From positions 55,118,001-55,182,000 of the forward strand of contig OZ320318.1 in assembly GCA_976226885.1 (NCBI GenBank): a stretch of 64,000 bases of DNA, read 5' to 3'. The notes under the pieces were generated by a model. It made no database searches and had not been told where the DNA came from. It saw only the letters and a program-made list of their open reading frames with translations. Made by a program: the position numbers and the translations under genes. How positions within the stretch are numbered: position 1 is the stretch's first letter; each line of letters begins with the position of its first letter. Source of the DNA: Iphione sp. A-MEVVRFRX5. Taxonomy: Eukaryota. Shown one piece after another: positions 13,901-28,100 of the stretch.

Positions 13901-16900
13901 GAAGACGTTGCATACAGGTCCCCATCGACCCTTATAAAATACCTCTACACGTCCTTCCCAGGGATTCACACTACCCACCAGTCTTGTCTTCACGGTAACA
14001 TTTACTGAAAAAAGGATACAAATGCAATCCTGAGGCGACATGGAAACAATACATCATGGTAAGGTCAAGAATTGTTACTAATACTAAGCTACAAACGTTT
14101 CATTGGAATAAAATGTAAATTTGATCATGGATAATGCAGTAAATTTATCAAAAGTATGATGTTTTACCATGGCACACCGGGAAGTGACCATCATATATTT
14201 GAGTTTGCAACGTTGACTTTGTAATGTTAGTTCCCGAAGACATAAGCTTCCTCGTTTTAAGAATGTTCTACATATGATAAGCATTACACGACAGTCATCT
14301 CCCTTTTCGTGCTTAAAATCATTCTCATCCAGAGATCCCATGTATGGAACACAGATAGCACACAAACGGCACCTAAACAAATTAAATAATCAGTACCTGA
14401 TTCAGTGATGCATGTAACACCGGCGTCATTGATGTGCATGCAAGAATCCCTCCTATATTCACTATGGCGACATTCTGACAGGTGTGATTCTGATCCTTCA
14501 CATTCCAAGTCTTGCAGCCAGGAAGGACCCGTGCCTGCGGTGAAGTAGGCATCCCTTCTTGCTGTCCCGCCAGCACTGTTCCATGAATGGTATTTTACCA
14601 ACGGATAAAACAATAAATTGTTTTGATTCCAGTGACAATACAGATAAGGAAAACAGAAAGATTGATCAAAAGAGATGCTTGTTTACCTATGTCAAGTGAA
14701 CAATTAGGTAATTAGCAGTTTTGTTCACGATTAAAATCAATATGTATTTCGTGAAACCTTTATATCAAGCCAGTACTGTTTTGCTTACCAACATTTTGGA
14801 AATATTTTAGTAGATCTGATGCAGGATACTACGAATACAGTCCAGGTTATTAAGAGGACATAGTTATGTAGTAAGTTGAGTAAGGGCAACCCTTGGCGAA
14901 GTCAAATAACTTTTATCAATTGTAAATTCATCAGAAGCAATACTAAAAAGTAGATTTGCATATTATTCCTCAGATTAAACTCCGATGAGTGTGCATAATA
15001 ACAGCACTAGCCGGCCAAATCTGCACCGACCTCCATGTCAGGCTCTGTGGCACCATTGCTGGGTGACATGCCCTTTAGTACGGTAAGTCTCAGGATTACA
15101 GTCACCTTCGATTCCAGGCAAAATTGACTGAAGAGAGCCCGCGTGTCCCTTATACTTTTTAAGCACCAATTACCAATGTACTCCCTATGCTATGTAACTG
15201 CCCGCACATACCTCTTTATCTGACGAAATAACTAGAAAGCTACGTTCAAACAGCAGTTACCATAGGATAGGGGTATGTTTGGCTTCAGTTATCCATGTTT
15301 ATCAATGGTTTCATTGGACTGCGAGACACACCCGACTATACTCTTCATGAAAATTCTTCATGAATTTATCGTTATTACTAAGGTATCGATTGGTCGGTTG
15401 CAGGAACATTTTGTTACATGAATCAACTATTTTCATAAACTGGGTACGTGTCATCCTTGCATAAAATATTGTTTGTATAGATTATAGAACACACCTTTAT
15501 TCCTATTCTAAACCTGTATCAATATGATAGATTCATTACTACTAGAATTGCTATTTGTTTCCAATTTACATGACTTTTGCCCATTTCAAAGTTCCGTATT
15601 CAATAGGATATCTTTTCATACGAAAAAAATGTCACTGCAACTGGCAGACTAAGTTTGCGTCGCCAATCAAACTTTCTTGCTTCTTGGAGAGCAATACAAC
15701 TAGATAATAAATATTAATAGTTTCTTAATGATAATTCAGAAAGCAATGTTTAGTGTCCTCTGGTAGGACACACTTTTACTGTGAAGAGAAGTTTGCAAAT
15801 GATACTTTCGTATGTAACTGGAGCTGTTCACATAATGCAAAATTTATCTGTCCTTGAATATAATGTCAAAGCAGCTCAGTCAAAGTGGCCAAGTTTACCT
15901 GTTTGACCTCACAAACCATATTCGATAACAATAGTTAGAAGCACGGGACATATTTACACATCATTTATGGTAGCAAGTTTACATTGTATTATACATTTAG
16001 GGTCCTACTGTCACAGCAATAGTTACAATTCACTGAAATATCGTTTAAACTGTATACTGACTGTTATGAAACACATTTAAAACTTTCTATATGCGTTGTT
16101 ATTTGAGAAGCAGAATCATTATTCAGCCAGGTCCCATTTAAAGGGTTCTGTCTACCTTTCACTCAAATTCGTAAACGGTAATTGAAAAAGAAAGATGCCA
16201 AGTCACCTGTATCCTAACTGTCTGCAAATTACATTTGCGTCAGGCTCGTCAAATCCATAATGACAGATACTACCCCATTGGCCCTCGTATTTTATTTCCA
16301 CTCGACCTTCAAAAGCCCCGGCACCATCAACCAGGCGCAACTCTGGTGCTTCCAGTCCTGTCGATACAAATAATTCCAAAGCATTATTTGGTATTCAAGC
16401 GGGACATATGTACAGAAACCCCACAGTACAAATGCTGAAATTGACCGATTAGACACATTATGCTCAGGTTAGTGTCGGGATATCATCTGAATAGGAAATA
16501 TGAATGAGTACATGAACATCATGCCTATTTTCGAAATTTTAGTGTATTTACTAAACTGCAGATTGGCCTAAAATGTAACATTGCCGGCGCTATGAATAGA
16601 TGTACAAATTCTATCCTCTCTACGCAAATAAACCAGAAGAATGGTATTCACACTTGGCTTCAAGGAAAGTAGGACGTCTTGAGAAAACCTTTCAAAATTC
16701 TAATATGCTTCAGAGACAACGCGCTCCCTATTCAACTCATTTCTTTTACTGGGTAATCCTTGTGGATCTCGCTTACAGGCATCTGCGGCCACTCCGAGCC
16801 CTGCAACGTCTCATGGCCTATATGAGAGGGATACTTGAGGTCTAAAGGGTATTTTACATACAAACGCTGCAACTGTCATATGAACAAAAGTAATACAACC

Positions 16901-19119
16901 TATGCTAAATTTTTACTGCAGACTAAGAGGGGAAGATCCACCTATAGAAAACAGCGCTGGTTACTCTTCAGCAAGTCTCAAACCAACTTACTGCCCATCC
17001 ACTGAAATGATTCAGCGTGAATAGATAGATGACAACCAGAAGCTGTCGCATGTTGTGACCCAGTCCTTCAAACCTTTATAACAAAGATAGCTAACCATGG
17101 AGATTTGGTAATGAGAATTCGTCCTAAATAAATTTTGTCTTATCTGATATGAAGCAACGTCCTAATTACAATTTAGTAGCGTAAGTCTTTTCACATCAGG
17201 GCGAGCCACCACGATTTTTAAAAAATCAAGGGACTCAAAATCCACACAATAAATTAGAATTCTATGCGTTCATTACATCTAGTTAATTTGTTACTATAAC
17301 AAAATGTTACTGTACCACAAATGGTGTCACCATACACTTATTCCCTCCTTTCCTGAGTAACATCAGCTGAACCTTTGACACCCTGACAATAGAAATTTCT
17401 CCGTTTGTTCAAATGATTACAAATCAAATCGAACACGCACTAAAGTCGAATGGTCCAAACTGGTTTCACCTTCTTTAGTATTAGTTCAATAGATGTTTCT
17501 CTGAATTCACTCAAGAGATCGTACCTGGAGCACCTATGCAGTTGCCTGTGCTGTTGTTTGGTAAGGCATTGCAATCCACCTGATCAACGATACGCTGAGT
17601 CAGATGATGCGAACACTTCCGGAAGACACCTGCAAAACAACTACTTCATATAAATATTTCAGTGGATAAAACATTCTTATACACAAGTAACAATGAAATG
17701 TCTTGCCCACTAGCAACAGGATCCAGTATATTTCTACCAGTGAGGTACGTACTCTGGTGTACATCTTATACACGGTTTTTTTAACCATAGATACAAATAG
17801 GATCTGAATACCAATGACTGTTGAAATGGCAGAACCTGTACACGCACTTAGGCACAACTCTCGGCACGGACGCAAAGTTGTAAGTTGCTCTCCTTGTATG
17901 CATTGCGGAAAGAAGACAGCACAGATGAGTCTGCTTGCATATGGGTGACACTTAGTCTCAAACACGTCAAGCACACCAGCAAGACCAGCGGCGGCACCTG
18001 CCTGTGAACTGTGGCCCAGGATGTTGGGGAATGTTGTCACGTTGTAAGGTATGAGGCTCGAATCGCGACACTCATCCACCCAGATCGATTCACACGTGGC
18101 TAGAAACAGCAGAAGTTCAGCACAAGATCATTAAACACAAGATCAACACAGAACAATAGCGAAAGAAGAAACATTAACTTGCTGTTGGGGTTAAAGTTGA
18201 CGTTATAGTTGACACCGAAGAATATAAGGCAAAAATATTCGACACCTTTAACCAAATCTGCGTATTGGTTTTGTTCATTACATCGTAATTATAGACTATC
18301 CATTGAGATCCTCTGCGTTGTTTAGGGAACTTTAGCTTTTTATACAATCTTATGCAAACAAAATAATTGTAGTGTGTCCACTTCACAAGTCCTTACCAAA
18401 AACATTGCAAAGCCATGTGCTTTAAGCTCACAAAGAAATAGACATGCCGGTAGGCAGTGGCTAGATAATCTATAGATATAAATTTACATATATTGTCAGG
18501 GAGACTGACCAACATATACTGTCAGCATAATTCTTTTCAGTAACTAGTTCTATTTCATTTGAAAAGAAAACTCTCCCTCTATCAAACCACACCTTCCCTG
18601 AAATTTCATTTAGCGTGAAAGGTGACCTCCTTCCCCCACTCTTTGAGGCATGTTTGCAGGTCTGCAGTCCATATTAGAACGTTTCATGAACATAAAAAGA
18701 ATATTTGTGGAACCCCATCTTCGCTTTGCTGGACAGACACTCCGGGCCGATGGCCCTAATTTAAGCGTCAAATTTGCCCTGAGCGGATGCATCTGTCAAC
18801 ATCACGGGAAATGATCCACCTAATTGAGAGCTGCCAAGTATTGAGGATAAATCGTGAGACAAGCACGAGGTATCAAAAGCACGAGGTCGAAATTAATGGG
18901 GATACCATATTTCCATGAGTACTGCATGAATTTACAGCAACGTTCTATACTCGCCATAACATCATCTCTACTGAACAACTCTACTGAAATCCTCTACTGA
19001 AATCCTCATATCATGTAGTCTACTTACGTGGTGTTGTCGGTATCGTGGCAGACGTCGGAGTCGTTGAAGCAGCCGAGGTTGATGTTCTTGAGGTGGATTG
19101 CGTAGAAGGCTCTGTAGAT

Positions 19120-19163
<44 letters not shown>

Positions 19164-22100
19164 TTCCGCCGTGGATGCTTGTGTTGTAGTAGTCGACAGT
19201 AGGACGCTGCTTGAGGGCCAGGTCACTGTGGAGCTTGACGTCTCCCGATCGGCCGTCGTGGTACCGGAAGTAGACAGTTTCGTCGTCGGTAGCGGCGGTG
19301 GGCCTGTGTCGGACGGCTGGAGAACAGCTGTGCGGCCAATAATAGAGCGAGGGTGAGTGCATGCAGGAAACAAGGCGAGCAATAAAAACAGAAACAAGGG
19401 CTGTGAGGCCAAGCATGGAGAAGGGCGGACCATGGTCCTCCACTCCCCAGGAATCTTCCAGCTGGCTCGTGCACACATTAGCTGTAGTTACTCCTATCGA
19501 CGTCAAACTGGAGGATAATGTCCACAGAATATAGCCATAGAAGGGGGTGCTACTCCAGCGAGAGGTTGACAAGCTAGCTGAAAGAGGATGTATGTATATG
19601 CCCGTTCACAACCCGGCTGTGGTGGTGGTGACGAGCTGGGATGGGAAAATGGGCGAAAACAGGGGTGGGCGGGTAGAGGGGTCGAAGGGGCTCTGTCAGA
19701 GAAAGGGATGTCTCAGTATTCTCCTTTTCCGCCCCCGAACGACAACCACCCACAGGAATGTGTACCAGACACGGTCTAATGCCCCTGGCCGTACGCACAA
19801 GTGTGAACGAGACCTTGCTTCTTATACATGTACTGTCCACCTTGGGAGTTCAACTATACACGCCGGTTCGGAGGATAAAGCGGAACCTCACTGACAAAAT
19901 AGAAGCCAGGAGCACTGAGTATGCATTGAATTAGGATGGCCAGGCAAAACAATATTCCACAATGTTTCCTTAGCAACACTATCTTTCATGTGATAATGCT
20001 TTTCTCACATACACGTCGTAACGTCCTCTTACTTTGATGGGTGAACAAATAATGGCTTATCGAACTTAATCTTCACCAACTCGGCCTGAGGGATGGGCTA
20101 GCTTCTATCGGTATCCACATGCGAGTGACATATTACTTAAATACTTGCGATGGTTTTATTTTACGTAAGTAGGATGTGGTATGGGAAAACAAATACTGCA
20201 TGGCATGGAACTCAAAGGTAAAAAGCTATCGGGAACCATTTACCCTTAGAAACCGGCAATACAGAGTAACGAGTGTGGGGGGGCATCAAAACATTTATGC
20301 GCATGCAAGCAAGAAGAGGCTAATCCTATTTGCGGGAGAAATGAAAACTGTCGGTGAGAAACACTAAACTACAGAAGTCGTACTAAATGGTATACTAAAA
20401 TTTGATTCGGAATGGGGTAAGTCGGACTTTTATCCTACTGCCTATCTCCACTGTTCATTAATATGGATAGAAATGTTGAATCATCTGTTAGGGTGAATTA
20501 TGATTGAATGTTTAATAATGCGGTAACGTAGAGTGTATGTACAGGTTACCAAAACCTTTCGCGCATGCGGAGCTCGAAAAGTATGATTGTTAGTATGGTT
20601 TGTCAGTCTAAATGATTACTGTTAATGAGAGGTACTGCGCCTTGTATACGCTGCGATTCTACCTAGAGTGAGCAACTGTACATATTCGGTTGTGCGTCTA
20701 CTTAGCAGATACAAAGATTGGGAGGTTCACCTGGCTGTTTAGATCGAAACCTAAATATAATGTATTTAAAAGGGTTTGAACTCTGTAAGACTTAACTGTC
20801 TTACGTGTGCATTCATGTGAAGTATGTTTTACCCCATGAAAGTTTCACTCCATGTTCATCATGTGCATAGCGAAAAAATAGTAACAGAACCAGCATGGAG
20901 TATCACACTTGTACCTACATGTATATACATGTATATAACATAGACTGGATTCAAATTATGCCTAAAGCAAGTGTCCACGGATGTGAAAATTGGAAAATTT
21001 TCCAATTTACATGCCGACACACGACATGGTATATGGTACACGTGTGAATGGAGACACTCCTGGCGATAAGCATTGTACCCGCAAAACCGGCCCTAAAACA
21101 GGCCAACACATCTGTGAAAGCATATGTCTAAGGATATTGAGCCTTAGATATAAAGGCAGGTGCAGTTGGCAGATGATGGAAAGCTGCTGTTTAGCAATGG
21201 CCAGCCTATGTAAGCTGCGTTTACCCGGTACGTTTATTCATAAGTTATTCAAATCAGGCAGCAAGAAGAAGTACCAAAATTGCTGATGCCTTCTTCGGCG
21301 AAACGGTCGATGTATCCTTATACAGCAAGATATTAATAATTTTCCTACAATCGTGGAGCTTTTAAGCATGCGTCCTATCCCTTCAGAGTTCCCCTATCAA
21401 CAAATGCTTTCACGGCAAAAACAAATATTGGAAACATGTTCCAAAAGAAACGTTTCTTTCTGTACGAACCAATATAATATTCTTGAGACTGTAAATACTG
21501 ACAACTAATTTACATGCTCTGGTTTTTATGATAAGGCTCTATATAATGAAGGAGTGGTTTTGGTAGACCATGTTATCTCTCTAGTAGTCTTCTTTGGTCT
21601 GTCCTCAGAGGTCACCGGGGTGCACCTTTGCACGAATGTTTAAACCCTGTCGTCAGAAGTTGCAGAACATCGAAGCTACTTTATAAGTGGACATCTCTTT
21701 AAACAAAGATAAATACTGACAGGATTTTCCCATGTTCTAGTAGCTTATGGGGCTATGAAGGTAAATCCAATACTCTAGGAAAAGCAACTACATGTACACA
21801 TGTTCCATCTTGTCCTGACACAAATAAAGGAATGTGTTGTCAGCAGGTCTTCTTATAAGACGCCGAGGGAGAACACTACAATGTATTTGAATATATATGC
21901 ATAGTATCACGGTACGTATATATCACCTGTTGCATAAAACCGTGCGTATGTGCTTACCTTCAGAAGTAATGGATGAACTATCCACCACAAAGTTTCCTAG
22001 CTGAGCTCTGGAATCATCTGATTCTTGCTGCAAATTCTTCTTAATTGTGTCTTGAACATGTCTTTCTAAGAATTTGGCTTCAAACTGCTTTCGATAAATG

Positions 22101-25100
22101 ACATTAAAGCGCGAAATAACGCTCCCTTTCCTGAAATAATGCAAAGATATGGTCAACCAGCGAAGTGATAGGGCAAACTGTTTTCAATGTACAATTGATG
22201 AATTTGAAAAATGGATCACGTGTCATAGAAAGTGGCCTACAATTCTAGAGGCTTTGAATTCAAAGGTCATAAGAATTTCTACCTACTCGTATCCGCTTAT
22301 CACACATTGCTTGTAATCATTGACTAATGAGTTATCGTTCTGGAATATATTGTCCAACTGCAAGAAGAAGATGACACCAGTTTAAAACGAAGGTATTTCA
22401 ACCCACTGCGATGAAGTCAGTGAACAGACTTTGTACAAATGGGATTTGTACAAAATGTCAGTCCGTCCGAAATTTGAAAATATTTTAGCCTGTTTTATTG
22501 TAAGTGCATTTTAATTTTCATATTGACTTGTATGACTGATCTCAAACATGTCTATTACAAACTGAAGATCATCTAATTGCATTGTAAAGCATTGGTAAAC
22601 ACATGCCTCGAGCTGTTTTTGTACAATACTTTTACTCCCACTCAAACAAAGGGCGGTACAAAAGAAAACGGTGATCTTACCAGATTAGTGACATTTTGGG
22701 TGAGAACTCGGTACTTGGCCGAGTTAGGGTCTCGTAGTTCCGACGAGTACTCCACATCTAAAAATCTAATGCTTGACCGAACGGTGTCAGTCCCTGGAAA
22801 ATGAAGAAGGTTCCAACGTAATCGTGCAGAAGAGAATATTCCATTGAACACACAGACAGACCTCGCCCCCTACTTTGAATCTTTGTAGTTGCCACTATTT
22901 TGTCTGAAGTGCGGAACCATATGGAGCATTAAATCATTATACAATTGAAACAATAAAGCTATATTGTGACTGCATATAATTATTTGATGTAGTGAGGAAT
23001 TCGAAGTTTCCAATCTTCGGAGTAGTGAGGTCTGATTGTATTTAGTCTACAGTATTTTAATATGTGCGTACACATATTTTTCATGTTATTAAAAGGGGAA
23101 CAAGATAAGTAGAAATAATATTGTCATTGTTGCTACAGCGACCGTAATTCGTAAATGTTTTACTCACTTGATATCATCAGGTACGTAACTGGGAAACAAG
23201 GGTAGAAATATCGATTATTCAGATGTAGTCAATGGGAATAGTGATGGAAACCTCAATAAAATATAAGGATACTGATAGGGAAAAGATTACTTTCAGCCTT
23301 GGTACGACAAATCAGTAAAATACCAGTGAAAAGGCGAGTCGCATCTAGGAAAAGTGAATCCATTTTTATCCCATGGTTTACCCAGGCTAACTTGAATATA
23401 TTAGATAGCTGTAATGTGATCTACGAATGTATCGTGTGTCTCCACGTCTACATTTCCACAAAGCCTCGGAGAACATGTCTTTTGCGTGTTGGGTACATGC
23501 GATTCGCCACGAAGGGACAGTGCACCGTCCAGAGAACACCACAGGAAAATTGGGTACATGCGATTCGCCACGAAGGGACAGTGCACCGTCCAGAGAACAC
23601 CACAGGAAAATTGCGGCATCCCACAGTCTTTCTTTAATGTAGACACACATCAAAGGCACGGGGTTCAACCGTGTCTACAAGTTTAGTTTCTCACAAATGG
23701 CTGCTCTAGGACATTCGGTGGAGGAATTTTCGTGTAACACTTGGGCGACTTTAATCGAAGGCCAGATGTTTCCGCTGAATTAGTGCAATACTCAATTCCC
23801 TCTTAATATTTACGGCATTATGATGAATATAAATTTCTGCGACCGCAAAGAACGTTTGGTGTGTCCAGATTTGACGTCCTGTACGGGAAGATATGCCTTG
23901 TTATTCGTCACATATTCAAAAGAAAAGTCGTATAAAGCCATTAACTGTTAAAAAAAAAACATTTTACTGGGACTGTTGTTTATGTGGGGAGATCTACATC
24001 AAGACACCTAGCTTAGCTGCCTACATTTTATCATGTCCCCTCTGACTTTTGGAAGGAAATCAAGGGGTGTTTCCCTTTGATCGTCTCTTTAGAATACCAC
24101 TAAGAAGCATGACAGAGCGGAGTGTTTGTTTTTAGTGTGGTATCCCTAGAGGGAAAGGAGGCTTTATCGGACATGAACTGCAGCTCTGTCAAACATGTGG
24201 CGAATGGTAACGAGAGTGCCAGAGGGATAACTATTTAAAATATGGTAAATATAGTCAGGCATATTACCACTCTTGTTCATACCGTCCAACAAAGGCGATT
24301 TATATTTGTTGAAATACTCGTCCATGTTTCATTCCTTATCTAAAGGATAGCGCTAACGGTTCAATCCAACCATTGAAATCAATGCTCTCTTTCAGGTAAA
24401 TAACGTGTGAATTGCCTATCCACCTCTCAACAGATCATTCTGATATAGCCTTTCGACATTTACGGGTAAAAATGAAGGAAAACCGATACATACGGCCTAC
24501 GCAAGCATCCACTGAGGAGGTAAATCGGTAATCATAATTTGAATAAAACTAAACTGCATGGAATATTCACCACTGATCGAAAGAACCACCTGAGGAAACT
24601 GTATTATATGTTTTATACAAAAATATAGACCACTTCACAGTCATGCGCGTATATATGTTTATATTAACTAAGATTTTTAAAAAATGGGAATATAATGTGA
24701 AAAAAACAACCTCCACATACTTAGGAAGTAGAGACCAACAGCCAGCCCAGCAAGGACAGCAAGCAGGACCAGAAGAACTAGCAGCCGCCGGCAGGTGCAC
24801 ACTTTACGTTTGGTGAAGGTGACCTTGTGGGGTAAGTCCTGCAAAGAATTTATCGTCAGGTAAGTGTCATCTGAAAGCATCATTAGTTCTTAAATCCGTG
24901 AGAAACGGCTTTCTTAAAGTTACGGTATATCTATCACTTGATTGGCTTAATGAAGACACTATTGACAAAATCATCATGTGATTATGTGCTCTATCACACA
25001 TGCGAGTATACCGCAAAGATTTAACTAACAATAACATCAAGGCTTATTCTACTCAGCCGCGTAGTCCTCTGTTGTGCACATGTTTTTGTTCTCAAATTAG

Positions 25101-28100
25101 TTATTGGCTATTTGCAGCACATAGTACCAACATAAAGAGTAATGATATATGCTTAAATGTGCACGTGGCAGCATCTTCCAAAAAGGTAACATTCTTATTA
25201 TATTATCCGGGTATATGTATTCGGATATTCAATACAAAGGTATATTTCTCCAAGGCTGAGTTATATTTCAAAACAAACAGCAAACAAGGTATTTAATCAA
25301 CCGCAGACACCCTAAGGAGTATGGGATGCCACAGCAATGTTTGAAGAAGCATATATGAACAGAGAGGTATTATGGTTTGGGAAGACAATGAAAATACTGA
25401 TAGAAAATACATATTTCGTTATGAACGTGTTGTTCTCAAATGAAAAAAGCGTTTACTTATGTATATAATTTTATAAAAATCTGTGAAAACAGATTAGTTT
25501 CAAAATATGTCCGAACCTTTAATGATTGTTAATATACTATAGTTGGCAAGTTTGTACATGCAATTCAGAATGGAAACCTTTGTATACCGCCACCATTTTA
25601 GGAATATTGCTTAGTTTGCGTCATGGGGGAGATTACTTCTCCTTTTTAAAGTTGAAATACATATTTTGAATTTTAATAGAAGACAGGTATAACGTTTGTT
25701 ACGGTACTGAAGGTCATGCTTCAAATTATACGTCATATAGATATTTGTACGTGACTTAAATATAACATGCATTATATTGCTTTAGTAAATGTATTATGTA
25801 CCCATGGTATTGTATCGTTTGAGCTTCCAGAAAAGGCCCGTTAAAAACAGGTATCGGGATATAAATGTGTGCAGTCTAATAGCAAATACTAACCGGGCAA
25901 CCACAACAACAAAGCTGAAATAGATTTGAAAGAAATAATCAATAGAAAAGAACATGTTACTGCAGCATAACACCATGTAAGGTTCAGGAATCTTTACCTT
26001 GCGCCTTTTACGTTCGAGGAATATCATAGTGTGAACATATCCAGTGACTAGTATTTTCAGGTGTTCCTGTACAGATTGATATTCCAATAAGAATATTTAC
26101 TGAGTACGGTGATTTGCAATACTGTCCTGCATTCTGTTGCTGTTAACGGTATCACTGCTTAGCCGGTCCGCTCTCAACTGCAAACATTTGTATGCTGTCA
26201 GAGGCTTTATAACCTCCCTTCTCTTCTTTTATACTATGACTTCAGGAAAATTTCGTGCAGGTTAATTTCAGGGATTACAGAAATGGTAAACATTTCAATT
26301 CTTGATACCAGGACAAGTTCAATATATTGAGGAATTAGAATCATGCTAGATATCTTCAGGTACACACTATAGGTCATGGGAAAATACACATCTCAATCCT
26401 TTCAGTGAATTTCGCCACATTTATTTTTGTATCAGAGTACCATACAATACCCCTGACCAACGCCTTCCAATATCCGGAACGGCAATGTGGTTAATGAAGC
26501 AGTACAGGCAGCGGAGTGGCCCTACTCCGCCTACCGTGTATATTTTTGGCGGGCGTCAAGCTTCAGGGGCCACAGTTATCCCCAATGCGTCTTTCCCCCT
26601 GTCGCAGACGCCCAATTCCGCTGTGGATCTGTGGTTTTGTGGTCGATCTGACAGGTGTCTCCCTGGACACTTCTATTACTTGATAATGGGATTTGAGGGA
26701 TACCTTTCGTATCGTTCGCGAATAATACGACAATTAGCGGTAAACCCATAGCTGTCCTGAAGATTGTATCCATCTGCAGAGATCTCTACTTATCCTTTAT
26801 CATGAACACACTAACTAAAGAACAACTTGAGCTGACACGTTCAAATCAAAGGCCAAATTGAACTGGCATAGCCTACAAAACTGTTTGGCCTACCTGAATA
26901 GGAAAGGAAATACCGTCAGGATAAAATATATACCTGTATCACAAATGAAAAGGGGATGTGTTCTGCAGTGGTAATGTACATAATTATTTACAAGGAAGTT
27001 TAAAAGGGAAACAATTTTACATATTTCATCTGCCTCTCACTGTCAGTTACCATAATAACGCTGACAGACTGGTCTCATCTGTGGATCAAAGAAATATGTC
27101 TCAAGTAAAAAAGACGATGGGGAAAAATATTGTTCACTGCAGAAGTGACGGTGAGTTTACAAATAAGTATTCATTGGGTGTTATAATTCTTAATTGATGA
27201 AGCCCATATCTGCATTCTTCGTACATCTATCGCGCATCTGTTGGAAATTGGGGATGGAGCAACATGGGGCTAGGCCTCCGTGGATCAAATTCGGCCCAGC
27301 TCCGTCCCCATGTACTACTTGGTTTAAGCACGTGGTTTTTAATGCATTGGAAAATTTGTTTCATTGTATTCAACAATGAGTCCAAATGAGTATCAAAACT
27401 ACATAATTCTACATGCGCATACAGTATATTATTCATAAGGACATAATAATTGGTATTCGTCTATCACGTGAATAATGGTGTCGTGCCAATGCAAAATTTC
27501 ACACCCGCGGGTGCGTTTTCAGGAGATGGGACAAAAGGATCATGCACACCACTTACGCAACATTTGGTATTTTCCTTTACAGAATATTAGTGACATCAAA
27601 TATCGTGGTTGCTTCTTTTATCAAAGTACAAGTTCTTTACATTCAAGATAAAGGCTAGTTACCACGATTGAAAGATAATCACAGCCATGTAAAAAGAGAA
27701 TAGCCGAGATATTAATAGATCTTAAAAGATGAAAAATCTACCTGCTTACGGTGCACAACCCTCATTACAATAATTCCCTCTTTTTCTTTCCACCTTAAAA
27801 TGGTAAGGAACTAAAACTCCAGTTCTGTTTATTCAAACTGCTGGCGCATCCATTCTATTATCGTTGGTATGCATAGGTATCTATGATGACAATCAGGTAT
27901 GATTTTAAGTATATGTGCATGTATAATGCCACATATGAAATACATTCTAATGCAGAAGGGGGTTACTTTAAGGTACATGCCACAGAAAATGAATATGAAA
28001 CTTTGGAGACAGATACGGTTTTACATCCTTAAAAATTCGAAGCCATTCTAATAAAACGTTAACCATTACCAAAAGCTGGCGACTTTCACTCTGCAGTTGA

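Noticed and set aside
16770-16841. Possible exon resembling the FZ 'P..LGH.T' motif ([12 protein letters not shown])
   Set aside because: Its donor is phase 0, which would break the frame between FZ1 and SRCR1.
19024-19572. 182-aa ORF with poly-Asp (and 103-aa poly-Val ORF on +)
   Set aside because: Alternative-frame shadows of the (GTC)14 repeat in the Thr-rich exon.
21285-21312. Second hammerhead-like motif CTGATGCC…GGCGAAACGGTC
   Set aside because: The core lacks the GA of CUGAUGA and no stem I can be formed.
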